DNA of 64,000 nucleotides. Source: Malacoraja senta. Taxonomy: Eukaryota. The notes under the pieces are model-generated. The model had not been told where the DNA came from, made no database searches, and worked only from the letters and a program-made list of their open reading frames with translations. The stretch spans positions 17,362,001 through 17,426,000 of the forward strand of contig CM075988.1 in assembly GCA_038087875.1 (NCBI GenBank), written 5' to 3'. Positions 1 to 12,975 of this stretch are shown piece after piece. The stretch's first letter is position 1. Each line of letters opens with the position of its first letter. Both the position numbers and the translations under genes were made by a program.

Positions 1-400
1 ACTAGGCCCACCTGTCCGCATTTGGCCCATATCTCTCCAAATTCTTTCCAATCCATGTACCTGTCCAAATGACTTTTAAACATTGTTATAGTACCTGCCT
101 CAACTATCTCCTCTTGCAGCTTGTTCCATGTACCCACCACCCTCTGGATGAAAACATTGCCCCTCAGGTTCCTCATGATCTTATACACCTCTATCAGGTC
201 ACCCCTCCAACTGTCCTGCCAACATTACAACTCTTAATGTGGCATATGAGCCACACCCACAACTGTATGTTAATTGGTAATATGTTTTTGTGGCCATTGT
301 CACATGGGTCACAGCAGTACACTGACTGGGTTGCATAATCATAGGGCTCTTGGAACTAAAAACGTTGGTCTCAAGTAAAGAATATGCGGCAAGGACTTAC

Positions 401-469
401 TTTTTATCTGTATTATTGCTTGTCAGGATGGCAACCAGGTTCCCCTTCTCTTCTTGTTCCTTCATCAGT
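401..469 (-). CDS. RNF214: RNF214 coding exon 6 (69 nt, phase 2-2; R-LMKEQEEKGNLVAILTSNNTDK); gene continues beyond window start
   Basis: ttctgttctag acceptor and gtaagt donor on minus strand; phase 2 matches preceding exon ending ..GGG AAG CG; open, coiled-coil-like peptide. Confidence 0.7.
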
Positions 470-612
470 CTAGAACAGAAAGACGCATTAAACCAACACG
501 ATTGGCATCTTTGTAAGAAATAACTGCAGGTGCTGGTATAAACCGAAGATAGACACAAAAATCTGGAGTAACTCAGCGGGACAGGCAGCTTCTCTGGAGA
601 GAAGGAATGGGT

Positions 613-640
613 GACGTTTCAGGTCAAGACCCTTCCTCAG
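613..640 (-). ncRNA. Minimal hammerhead ribozyme motif in a Penelope-type terminal repeat
   Basis: minus strand CTGAGGA-A-GGGTC-TT-GACCT-GAAA-C-GTC. Confidence 0.55.
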
Positions 641-1769
641 ACTGGTTAGGGATAAGGGAAACGAGAGATATAGATGGTGATGTGGAGAGATAAAGAACAA
701 TGAATGAAAGATATGTAAAAAGGTAATGATGAATAAGGAAATAGGCCATTGTTAGCTCCGATTGGCATCTGGGTTGGCATGGACAAGTTGGACGAAGGGC
801 CTGTTTCATACTGTACGAAGCCAGGAGAAAGATTTCAGTAGGGAAGAAATTGAACTTTTTTTTTGCCTTCCATCACAGTGAGGAATATGGAGGAGTCACT
901 GTGGTGGATGTTCACGTTAAAAAGTATTTTGTGTGTTCCATTGCTTTTTTATTTGTATGACTGACTTCGCAAATGTTGACTTCCTCATATGTTGCAAAAC
1001 ATACTTGGCTAATAAAGTATCATTGTATTGTATTGTATTGTATTGTATCAATCTGTGATGGATTTGGGGAGTGTTATGCAAACTACAAAGGTTAATTTCC
1101 TTGAGCTAACAGCCCGAAACGTTGCCCATCTCCTTTGCTCCATAGATGCTGCCTCACCTGCTGAGTTTCTCCAGCATTTTTGTCTACCTTCGATTTTCCA
1201 GCATCTGCAGTTCCTTCTTAAACAATAATTCCTCTGTGTCGGGTTTATGAAAGAGAATTTTCAATTATTTATTTGGGAAAGAAAACTCCAAGATTTCAAT
1301 GCCTGCAAACGCTACAGTGAAAAAGATTTCGCTTTGTCTGCACGGTCCTCTCAAGGACAGCACAAACGGGTTTGCAAAGCTTTCTTTGTGCACTTCGAAC
1401 CACAGGAGTTGAGGATTTAAAAAAAAAAGAATTGAAGTGGGAGGAAAGAATAAACGGCAGGGCTTCCTGCTACTGGTTGAAATTCATACAGAAAATGTGG
1501 TAGGATTTTAGCTTCAGGTTTCCTCACATCTCCTAAAGATTCAAAGAATAATGAAACAAAATTGGTTCAATGCTTCAATGGCATTTTATTGTCACATGTG
1601 CCTAGCTACAGTGAAATTACTTCCTTGCACACAGCCAGTAAAATGATTACTATATATGGTCACAGTCATACTCGAGTACAGGGGTGTAGGAATAGTAGAT
1701 TACACTGAGATAGCACACAAGAGTCGCCACGTTTCCAGCGCCATTTTATATAATTCAAGTCCAATTGCC

Positions 1770-2105
1770 ACAAAAGGATGTGGAGAGGATGTTTCCAATA
1801 GTGGGAGAGTCTAGGACCAGAGCCCACAGCCTCAGAATAAAAGGACAGACCTTTAGAAAGAAGGGGAGGAATTTCTTTAGTCAGAGGGTGGCGAATCTGT
1901 GGAATACATTGCCACAGAAGGCTGTGGAGGTTGGCAATAGATATTTTTTTAAGGTGGGAATTGATAGGCTCTTGATTTGTACGGGTGTCAGGGGTTACGG
2001 GGAGAGGGCAGGAGAATGGGGTTGCGAGGGAAAAATAGATCAGCCATGATTGAATGGCTGAGTAGACTTGATGGGCCGAATGGCCTAATTGTGCTCCCAT
2101 GACTG
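1770..2105 (+). mobile_element. CR1-clade LINE 3' fragment (others at ~2905-3230, 5545-5975, 6730-7075, 9485-9860, 14128-14440, 19590-20065, 25295-25500, 51505-51810)
   Basis: RMFPIVGESRTRAHSLRIKG..FFSQRVANLWNTLP and gggccgaatggcct tail. Confidence 0.88.
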
Positions 2106-2314
2106 ATGAAAAGCTCAGGTCAGGCAGCATCTGTGGATTGGTACTGCCGATGGGTCGCAGACCTGAAATGTTGACTGATTCCCTTTCCTCAGATGCAGTC
2201 TGTGTTGCTGCGATTTTCTACATGTTTCCATTTTTCTTTCAGATATCCAGCATTTGCAATGTTTTTTTGATTTTGCAAGAATTGCACATTATTTAAACAA
2301 AAGTCAAAATTATA

Positions 2315-2500
2315 ACATAAAATGCTGGAGTAACTCAGCGGTTCAGGCTGAACCCCTGGAAAGTATGGATAGGTGACGTTTCAGGTCGGGACCCTTCTTC
2401 AGACTGTAGGAACTCAGGAGGTCAGGTAGCATCCCTGAAGAAGGGTTCCGACCCGAAACGTAAGCTATCCATGTTCTCTAGCAATGTTGCCTGACCTGCA
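2315..2500. mobile_element. Inverted pair of Penelope-type terminal repeats with hammerhead cores on both strands (2375-2402 minus; 2435-2462 plus)
   Basis: tgctggagtaactcagc...gtgacgtttcaggtcgggacccttcttcag / ctgaagaagggttccgacccgaaacgta...gcctgacc. Confidence 0.65.
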
Positions 2501-5500
2501 GATGGGGATGGGTTTAATTTGGCATCATTTGGCACAGACACTGTGGGCCGAAGGGCCTGTTGCACTCTATCTTCTATGTCAAATGGAATCATCAGAAAGC
2601 CATTTTTATAAAGGAGGACTGCAAGGCTGCCAAGAAGAAAAATGAATGAATGAGTTGAAATGCAACTGTAGAAGTAAAACAGGATGAGCCTCCAAGAGTA
2701 ATGTTTCCTGCAACCAACTTTGGTAATTATTATCTGCCCCCTAAGTAGGGATCAATGTATAGAATAAGCATCTAGGTGGAACAATGAAGCTAAAAACCAT
2801 GGAAACATTTAAGCAACAATTCGCTGCTGCAATTGGGAAAGGGACATTGGCATCCTTCTGCATGAACATTACCATCTTTCTGGATTTGTATATAAAATAA
2901 GATAGTGTGTAGACAGTCAGAATCGTTTTTCCCCCAGGTTGGAAATAGCCAACACCAGAGGGAGTAACTATAAGGTGAGAGGGTGAAAGTTTAATGGAGT
3001 TGTCCGGGTCTTTTTTGAAATAATATGTACAGAGATAGTGGGAGCCTGTAATGTACTGTCAGGAGTGGCGGAGGCAGATACAACAGGGGTGTTTAAGAGG
3101 CTTTTAGATTAGCACATGTCGTGCAGGGAATAGAGGGATATGGACCGTATACAGGCAGATGTGATCAGTTTGGCTTGGCATCATGTTCGGCACAGACATT
3201 GTGGGCCAAAGGGCCCGTTCCTCCATGTTCGAACAGACATGGGAGCAAAGGACCGTTACTGCCCTGTGCATCATCAATGGCAAGTTTGGATTATATTCCA
3301 TGCAGATTTTTCCATCCCGACTCTAGTGTAAAACGATAATATTAAAAATGTACTCGCACTGGGACTTAGATGCGGTGTGACAGGTAGCTACAAGAATCTG
3401 TGAAGCATTGCTTTAAAGATCAACCCCAGGGAAAGAAAGCAGCAGCAGGAATTCTTCTGAATGTCGGTCAAGACTTTTCAGCTTAAAACTTGTTCGTGCT
3501 AACAGATGCCAGCTGACAAAAAGGACTCAAGCTAATTTTGATGAAGCCACATGATACATTTTCAAAATATACATCCCACAGTTTTCCTATTAATGTATCT
3601 GGCAGTTTCATAAATTACTTTAATATCCTGGTCTCAAATGCCTTGTTTCATCTTTTTACCCTCTGCAATAGAAATACTGCTTGCATTTGGCTTCAAATGC
3701 GAACATTTAACATTCCAAGTCAATTTTCCCAATTATAACATCGCGCCACACCATTTTGTTTGCGTGGAATTGTTCGCAAATTAACCACATATATATATAT
3801 AATTTTTAATATAAGATTACTCGTACTCAGCACATGGACTTTGCTGGGAAAGGCAGTCTTTGTCATTAATTCTGACTTGCTCTTATTGCACCAAGTGCTG
3901 GAGTATCTAACTTGCCCTTATCTCAGAAGCCACAGATATTGAAGCAGAGATGGAGATCTCCTGCGTTGTCTGTATGTAAGCATAGATCAGCAAATCCTGA
4001 TCCTCTGTCTTTAAAATACTTTCTTTTCAAGTACTTATCCAGCTTGCCTTGGCTTGCTGGGACTAAACTTCCCTGGATGTGCATTCTATCTATATTCTGA
4101 TCCCCTGCATAAAATACGTTCCTCATTGTTGACTCTTTTATCAATCACCTTCATCTTATGTCCATTGATTCTTTATCCTTCCATCAACAGAAACAATTTG
4201 TCTCCATTTACTGTCTAAATCCTCGACAAGTTTAAAAACCTCCATCAGACCCTTTCTCAATTGTCACTATTCTTGGAATAAATCTGACTTCTCTAAAGTA
4301 CCTATGTTCCAAAGTCTCTAATCTCTGGTATTGTTTTAGTAAAGCTCATTTTCACATTGGTCCTGAAGTACGCTGCCAAAATTTGGCCACATTTGAACCC
4401 CTGAGAGGTTCTTTACCCCAGACCTGTGACCCCATGCATTGTTTTTTTTTAAATTTAAACTAGAGGAATAACTCCCCTGCCACTTATTCTCCATTCCTGT
4501 ACCATTTTACCATTCTACAAGGCCGGTAAGAGAGGGTGCGGGGTCTGGCCTAACACGCCTGGGGGAGGTCGGCTGGGGGAGGTACCCCCAGGGCACAAAG
4601 GTGGACGGGCGAGGAGAGGGACATTGGTTCGCTGGTCGTTCCACACATCCAAGGATTGGAGGCCCTGCAGCAGCCTGGGACTTGCCTAGGTCGGGCATCG
4701 CTCATAAGACCTAGAGTGCGGACTGGACTTTGAAAATGGCTCCAAAACCTGGCCCCTCTTGCATGCGGGCTCTGCAGACTATTTCTGTACGCTTCGGTAA
4801 TCGGGGATTATGCTTAGGTACGGCAATACTTTACTGGTCCGTATGTAAGAAAATAATTTCACTGTGCGTTTGCACATGAGACAATAAAAGCGCCACTGAA
4901 CCAATCATTTTGCTTACTTTTCCAACCAACATGTACCATCTTGCATCCTCTTACTGTAACTTTCAGCTGGAACTTATCCACCCATTTCAACAACCTGTCC
5001 ATAACCCCTTGCTTACTAGTTATTAATTATCATGACTTCCACTTCCATAATATCTGAAAATTCTGCCTCATAATTTGCGGCGGGTGTCAGGGTTTATGGA
5101 GAGAAGGCAGGAGAATGGGGTTGAGGGAGAGATAGATCAGCCATGATTGAATGGCGGAGTAGACATGTCGGGCCGAATGGCCTAATTCTTCTCCTAGAAC
5201 TTATGAACTTACCCTAGGCTAAGGCACAAACTGGTTTTTTTTTTAACATAATCCTGGTGTTGACAGCGGAGGAACAATGAACATTTAGCTACATTCCAGA
5301 GTTGGTCACTCGACTAATTTTCCACCTGTGCTCTTGTAGCCACTCTCATTTCACCCATTTGAAACCCAGATGTCAAGTCTATTATGCAAAATTTTACTTA
5401 ATATCTTATAAAACCTAGTACGGTGACTATAAGTCAGTGCCTTGTAGCCTGCAGACCCATTGCAGGAAGGCATGGGTTTGGAGTCACATACGTTACAGAC

Positions 5501-7181
5501 CAGGTTTACTTCCAGGTTTAGACTTTGTGAGGGGCTATGGGGAGAAGATACTGGGCCTGTACTCGCTGCAGTTTAGAAGAATGAGGGAGGACCTCATTGA
5601 AACATACAGAATTGTGAAAGGCTTGGATAGAGTGGATGTGGAGAGGATGTTTCCACTAGTGGGAGAGTCTAAAACTAGGTCATAGCCTCAGAAATAAAAG
5701 AACTTTTAGTAAGGAGATGAGGAGAAATTTCTTTAGTCAGAGGGTGGTGAATCTGTGAAATTCTGTCCCACAGAAGGCTGTAGAGGTCAAGTCAGTGGAT
5801 ATTTTTAAGGCCGAGATAGTTCGATTTTTGATTAGTACAGGTGTAGAAGGGAGGAGAATGGGGAGAAGGCAGGAGAATGGGGTTAGGAGAGATAGATCAG
5901 CCATGATTGAATGGTGGAGTAGACCTGATGGGCCAAATGGCCTAATTCTGCCCCTATCACTTACGACCTCATGACTTGGAGTCACATATGCTACAGAGCA
6001 GATCTGGGTTTGGAGTCATCAATGCAACAGACCAGGTCAGCACAGCCAATTACTTTTCCCAAAAGGATGTCTATGCACCTGGTGGGATTTTAAATTACAC
6101 TCCAGAAGTTTCACAGCGCCAACTTGTTAATATTAGATTTAATTAACCAAATGTAAAATCCTCAGCTGGTGGTTTTGAAACAAAGTGCCCCGTCAATCCT
6201 CCACTAGTCGAGAAACTAATTTAAAAAAAATCAAAATCACTGCAAATGTACAAAATCTGAAATATAAACAGAAAGCTCATTTAAACACTCAGCGGGTCTG
6301 AGATTATCTACATCGAACAAAATACAGCATAGGAACAGGCCCTTCAGCCCACTATGTCTGCAGTGACCATGGTACCAATCTAGCAAATTCCTTCTCCCCA
6401 CACGTTGAACAATACAGCATGGCAAGGGGGCCTTTGCCCCATGTTTTTGTTTTACATGACGCCACTTCCTTCTGTATAATCAGTGTCCCACTACGCCTGC
6501 CTGTGCAAATGTTGGTCTAAATGCCTCTCAAATGTTTCGATCATATCTGGTTGTACCACCTCACCTGGCAAAGCGTTCCAAGCACTTACCACACTCTGTG
6601 TAAAAAAAAAATCTTGCCACATAAATCTACAAGTTTTCCACCCTTTCCCATTAAAACATTCCCCATGCATTTGGCATTTCCACCTTTGGATAAATACTAT
6701 CCCTAATACATAGATAGTTTTGGAGTGTCACAGTGATACAGTGTGGAAACAGGCCCTTCGGCCCAACTTGCCCACACCGGCCAACATGTCCCAGCTACAC
6801 TGGTCCCACCTGCCTGCGCTTGGTCCATATCCACCCAAACCTGTCCCTATCCATGTACCTGTCTAACTGTTTCTTAAACGTTGGGATAGTCCCAGCCTCA
6901 ACTACCTCCTCTGGCAGCTTGTTCCATACTCCCACCACCTTTTGTGTGAAAATGTTCCCCCTCAGATTCCTATTAAATCTTTTCCCCTTCACCTTGAACC
7001 TAATGTCCTCTGGTACTTGGTTCCCCTACTCTGGGCAAGAGACTCTGTGCATCTACCTGATCTATTCCTCTCATGATACGTCCATTATTTTCCAAATGCA
7101 AGCAAATCCTGCCCCTACAAAATATTTGCAATAAATTCCCGAACAGTGATGCAAAGCTCACAGGCTTATAATTAACAATTT

Positions 7182-7986
7182 TGTCGCTTAAACAAAAGAA
7201 TAACATTAGCTAATCTCTAGTCTTCTGGATCGATGCTATAGCCTGGGACTGGATGTCAAGTATCCCGACAGGTTTCGGGAGGATGCTATTAGCTCGAGAC
7301 AGACAGAGCAAAATGGCGGAGCCAGGGGGACAAAGGAGTGCAGTGAAAATGGTCACATCATTGACATCTGGTGGGAGCAGGGCTGAAGGTAACTTCACGG
7401 CTAAGGCAGTACGGCGTTGAGAAGATAAGGTGCCTGGAACGGACATATTGCAAAATAACTCTCCAATGAGAAGGAGATACGAACAGGCAACATAATTAAG
7501 AACTCCCTAGACTGATAAGGAATGAAGATGTGTTTTGTTTATTCAGCCCTTGGAGGAGCGACAGCTTGAAATGATTGACTGTAAAGCCATGAGAGCCTTG
7601 GGTTAGAACAAAGGCTTCCTTTAGGAGATTGAAGGAAAATTAGGAATAAAGAAGGGCGGTCCGAGACATCTGCAACGACAACCTGGGGACAACCATCGCA
7701 AGAAGGAGGGACCCGAGTCCGAAGCTCAGGGAAGACTACCCCCTACCAACAGAGTGAATCTGGCCAATTCATTCAAACGGGTAATATCTGGCTCAAGTCA
7801 TGAGTTTTGTGATTTAGCTTAAGAAGTTGAAATAGTAAAGTAAATGAGAAGTTATTAGAAGTCAATTGTTTGCATGCATGTTTAAAGTTACTCGAGTGTT
7901 AATAAAGATTAAGTTGTACTGAACTGAACTTAAACCTTGGTTTAGAGTCTTTTGTTCGACACTTCAGTTGGTGCCCTGTAGAGGTA
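7182..7986 (+). mobile_element. Probable LTR (retroviral/LTR retrotransposon) with adjacent primer-binding site
   Basis: unique ~780-bp block; TGTCG..CGACA inverted ends; AATAAA ~7901; ..TTCA-gt-TGGTGCCCTGTAGAGG at 7969. Confidence 0.5.
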
Positions 7987-8570
7987 ATAGGGTCAACAAT
8001 GCCCATGACTAAAGAGGATATAAAGATCTCTGTCAAGGTTGCTGCAATCATCTCCCTTGCTTGTCTCAGTATCCTGTTATAGGTAGCATCAGACACAAGA
8101 GAAGTCTGTGGAATGAGAAATATGTTTCAGATCAAATGCCGTCCATCTGAACGTTCTGACAAGGGTCTTGGATTGGAATTGTTGAGTGCTTCTCTTTCCA
8201 CAGACGCCATCTGACCTGCTGAGCAGTTCCAATCAAAAAATAAAGCTGCCTCCATTTTGGGTGCATTAAAAATATACTGTTCCATTTACTGAAACAGGGG
8301 CGCAACGGTAGAGTTGCTGCCTTAGAACACCAGAGATCCTAACTACAGGTGCTATCTGTACGTTCTCCCTGTGACCGTGTGGGATTTCTCCGGCTGCTCC
8401 GGTTTTCACCCACACTCCAAAGACGTACTTGTTTGTTGATTGGGTTCGGTAAAGATTATACATTATCCTTACTGTGTAGGATAGTGCTAGTGTGATCACT
8501 GGTTGGCGCAATCTCGGTGGGCCGAAGGGCCTATTTCCGCGCTGTATCTCTGAACTAAAAGGTTTATTAC

Positions 8571-8710
8571 CGCTTCCCATTCTCGTAGAGTCTCTCAACT
8601 TCATTCTTCAGCTCCTGTTCTTTTTGAGCAAATTCTCTCTTTTCCTTTTCGGACTTCTTCTTCAGCTCCTCCAGTTTTACCTTCATCTCCTTGATCTGCT
8701 TAACGTTCTC
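8571..8710 (-). CDS. RNF214: RNF214 coding exon 5 (ENVKQIKEMKVKLEELKKKSEKEKREFAQKEQELKNEVERLYENGK)
   Basis: ttgcag acceptor, gtaat donor; resembles recalled human RNF214 coiled coil (..[30 protein letters not shown]). Confidence 0.9.
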
Positions 8711-11610
8711 CTGCAAGTTTTGGTGATAGATCGAAAAGGTAATTCGAATTGCCGTCACACAACTTGCCAGCCGCGGAAAGAGGAACAATACTGCTAATCT
8801 TCCCAAAAGAAGCTTCATTTTACAGCAATTTCATGTAATGGAACATTTTAATTTAAATTGTAAATGCTAAAGGCACTATCAGTAATCAACTTCAAACAGT
8901 TACCATGCTCAAGAGCATGAGCCAAATTAACATCAACGGCACGACAGCCTTGGGGATTACATGTTGAATAGCGAATGTTAATTCAGCACCACCAAATTAA
9001 GTTCAGCCACTTAACTAATGGTGTACTTTTATTCCAGAGAGAATTGCAAAATGCTTCCACAGTTTTAGGGAAACATCCTGTGGTTTGTTTCAGTTTAGTT
9101 TGTTGTCACGCGTACCGAGGTACAGTGAAAAGCCTATGTTGCATGCTAACCAGTCAGCAGAAAGACAATACATGATTACAATCGAGCCATTTATAGTGTA
9201 TAGATGCATGATAAGGGAATAACGTTTAGTGCAAGGTAAAGCCAGCAAAGTCCAATCAAAGATAGTCCGAGGGTCACCAAAGAGGTAGATAGTCATTCAG
9301 CAGTGCTCTCTGGTAGTGGTAGGATGATTCAGTTGCCTGAATTATGGAATTATCCTGGGTATGAAATGGGATTGCGAGAAAGAAGAATTAGGTTAAACAG
9401 TTCTTCCTAGGACAGCACAAATTAAAAAAAATAATAATAATAATAAAAACAGTCCAACTCAAGAGTCATACAGCATGGAAACTAGCATTTATTTCAAGAG
9501 GGCTTGTATACAAAAACAGGGATGTAATGTTGAGGCTCTATAAGGCACTGGTAAAGCCGCATTTGAAATACTGTGAGCAATTTTGGGCACCATATCTGAG
9601 GAATGATGTGCTGGCTCTGGAGAGGGTCCAGAGGAGGTGGTGAATCTGTGGAATTTTTGCCACAGAAGGCTGTGGAGGCTGTCAGTGGATATTTTTAAGG
9701 CAGAAATAGATAGATTCTTGATTAGTACAGGTGTCAGAGAATATGGGGAGAAGGCGGGAGAATGGGGTTAGGAGGGAGAGATAGAACAGCCATGATTGAA
9801 TGGCAGAGTAGACTTGATGGGCCGAATGGCCTTATTTTACTCCTATCACTTATGTTCTTATGACTTATGAAACAGACCCTTCGGCCCAACTTGCCCACAC
9901 TCACTAATTGCCCCATCTATACTGGTCCCACCTGGGTGGAGCAAAGTAGGGAGAGTAAAATAGGATTTGTGTAAATGGACTCAGGATCACCCAACGCCTG
10001 TTTCCCTGCTGTATGAACTTATGGAAGTTCAAAAGTGCTATTCCCAAAGATAATAGGTAGCCCATTTTAAGATATTTGGTCTTTATTCTTGGGATGTGGT
10101 CACCATTGATTGCCCATCTCCAGGTATTGGTACGGGCTATTCCAAAAACGTCACGTATCCATGTTCTCCAGAGACACTGCCTGACCCATTGAGCCACTCC
10201 AGCACTGTGTCCGTGGCTATCCACACTGGACACTCGCACCACACACACACACATTGGACCCATTCCGCACCACTCATTTAATGCACCTTCTCTATTCAGA
10301 GGAATCTCTCAGTCACCGACATTGAAAATGCTTATTCTGGTTTAATTTATACTAAAACCATTGTATACAGGAAAATATCTACCGAGGTTGCCAAACAGTA
10401 GCTCATGGAGAGAACTCAAAAAATCACATCCAAAACCTTTCGATGACAACAAAGTTTATGTTTGTTCTGCCACCCAGTTATAGGTCATGTTGTCTCAAAT
10501 CCATGAGCCGTAAGGCTGCTCTAATGCCAGCTGTTGTTGACTCTGTTGAACCAGGCTGCATCTTCACTCTAAATCACTTGGTGCCAACTCAAATATTTGG
10601 TACAAACATGCTAATTCAAGGACAATTCTTGCTCAAGTAATATTCGGGATAGTTTTTTGATTAATTGAATAAAATTGATTGAAAGTTAGAGCAGGGACAC
10701 AGGCCCATCGGCCCACTGAGTGCAGATGACCATTGATCACCCATCCACACTAGTTCTATGTTATCCCACTTTCTCATTCACTGCCTACATGTTAGGGGCA
10801 TTTACAGAGGCCAATTAATCCAAAAACCTATGGGATGTGGGAGGAAATCAGAGGACCCGGAGAAAACCCATGTCGTCATAGGGTGAACGCGCAAACTCCA
10901 CACAGACAGCACCTGATGCCAGGATGGACCTGGATCTCTAGTGCTGCGAGGCAGTAGCTCTACCTGCTGCACCACTGTTTTACTTTGATTGGACCCGTAA
11001 ATTTATGTCAGGTAAATGCAGAAGTACTATGCCTACGAACAGTGGGAAATACATGCTATGCTCCATTAGTTAAGTAAGCCTATTTTGTTATTTTGGGAAG
11101 TGGCCAACATTTATTATTGACCTCTCGGTTCTGGTTTGGCAACTTTTTGCACAGCCAGTGTGATGCATAATACTGTTGGGAATAAGCTAGAGAAATTTGG
11201 ACAATCACAATGAAGAACAGAAAGGTATATTTCCCAGCTCCTAACAAGGCATAACCTGGAAACAATGTTTCATGGCCTTGTCTACCTTTCAGGTGGTGCT
11301 AATTACGTCTGGCATGGGCTGTCTACTTTGTGTTTGTCAAGACCCTAGTTACCGAAACGTTGGTCCCACTCCATATTTCCTTCACTCCATAGATGCTGCT
11401 GCACCCGCTGAGTTTCTCCAGCACTTTTGTCTACCTTTGATTTTCCAGCATCTGCAGTTCCTTCTTCAAAACCAAACTGGCTTCATTCCTCACATAACAA
11501 TGGTGATTTCACTTGCTGCAAAAGTACTTTCTAGGCTGCAAAGCATTTTGGAAATGACCATGGATGAGAACGGTAAATGCAAGTCACTTTTTCTTCCTAC
11601 GTACAGTTAC

Positions 11611-11751
11611 CTGGTAGATGTTCTCCTCTTCCTCCTGCTGCTCTTGAAGGTGACGGACTTTGACCTGGAGCTGGTTCTCCACCTGTATCTGTCGATCCAA
11701 CACCTCCTGGTACTTGTCCTTCAGGACCTCCCGTTCAGTCGCCACTTCATT
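11611..11751 (-). CDS. RNF214: RNF214 coding exon 4 ([47 protein letters not shown])
   Basis: cttcag acceptor, gtaac donor, 141 nt phase 0-0; resembles recalled human [28 protein letters not shown]. Confidence 0.92.
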
Positions 11752-12915
11752 CTGAAGCAACACACCAGGCAAGATTAAAACATTAATAAATAAAAGCAAC
11801 GACTTCACATGTACCGAGAAAATCCTGCCTTCAACGTGCCAGCATTAATGCAGACTGGTTTCAGAGAGCAAACCTGCAAATTAGGTCAATTGATAACGAT
11901 TCGACCCCGAGCTGGAAGCTCAAGGTTGGCTACTGTCCTTGTTTATTTTCTAAATTTGGACGGCACAGTGGCACAGCTGGAAGAGCTGCCACCTCACAGC
12001 GCCAGAGACCCGGGTTCAATCCTGACCTCGGGTGTTTGTGTGTGGAGTTTGCACATTCACCATGCGATTGCTTGGGTTTTCTCCAGATGCTCCAGTTTCG
12101 ACCCACATCCCATGACATGCAAATCTGAAAATTAATTAACCTCTGATAATTGTCCCTACGGCGTAGGAGGTGGGATAACATCGAATGGATGTGGTGGATC
12201 ATGTCCATTCTGTCAATGGCCTCCACCATGTTGATGTTGAGGGACTCAATGATGGTAATTTCTGAATTTCCCCGAGGGGATCAATAAAGTATTTATTATT
12301 ATTATTATTATTAATGCACTGAATGTCAGTGGTAATGTTGGAGATGACCATTGCCAGGCACAATTGTGGCACAGATGTTACTTGCCACTTATACTGTATA
12401 GGTTTGGCTGCAAGTTAAAGTGGGTGGCTTCATTTATGTCATAAGGTCATAAGTGATTAAAAAAAAAAATTAATAAGTGATAGGAGCAGAATTAGGCTAT
12501 TCGGCCCATCAAGTCTACTCCACCATTCAATCATGGCTGATCTGTCTCTCCCTCTTAACCCCATTCTCCTGCCTTATCCCCATAACCCCTCATGCCTGGG
12601 AATTGTTGGCTGTTCACTAGTTGAATATCTCCTCTTCTGATGGAATTCACCAATAAGTTGGCTTTGGGAGTCCATTTCCCAACTAGTTCTTCAATTTCAG
12701 TTCTTACCAAAAAAGTTCAGAATATTAAAAAAAAACGGTTACCTCTCTCAGCAAACTAAATGACCATCTAAATGCATTTTAGACCCAGTGGTGAACAGAA
12801 CAGATAGTGCCAGAGCTTTAATCAGTCCTTGGAGAACAAAAGATGTGGAAACAAGAATTGCAGAACTGTACTCGTCAGCACCAGAGTTAACAGCTCGACA
12901 ACAATACACACTTAC

Positions 12916-12975
12916 CATGTACCTCTCAATGTCCTGATTAGTACTGACCTCTGCATCCACAGTAAAACAATCAGT
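12916..12975 (-). CDS. RNF214: RNF214 coding exon 3 (TDCFTVDAEVSTNQDIERYM)
   Basis: tttcag acceptor, gtaag donor, 60 nt; resembles recalled human [20 protein letters not shown]. Confidence 0.9.
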
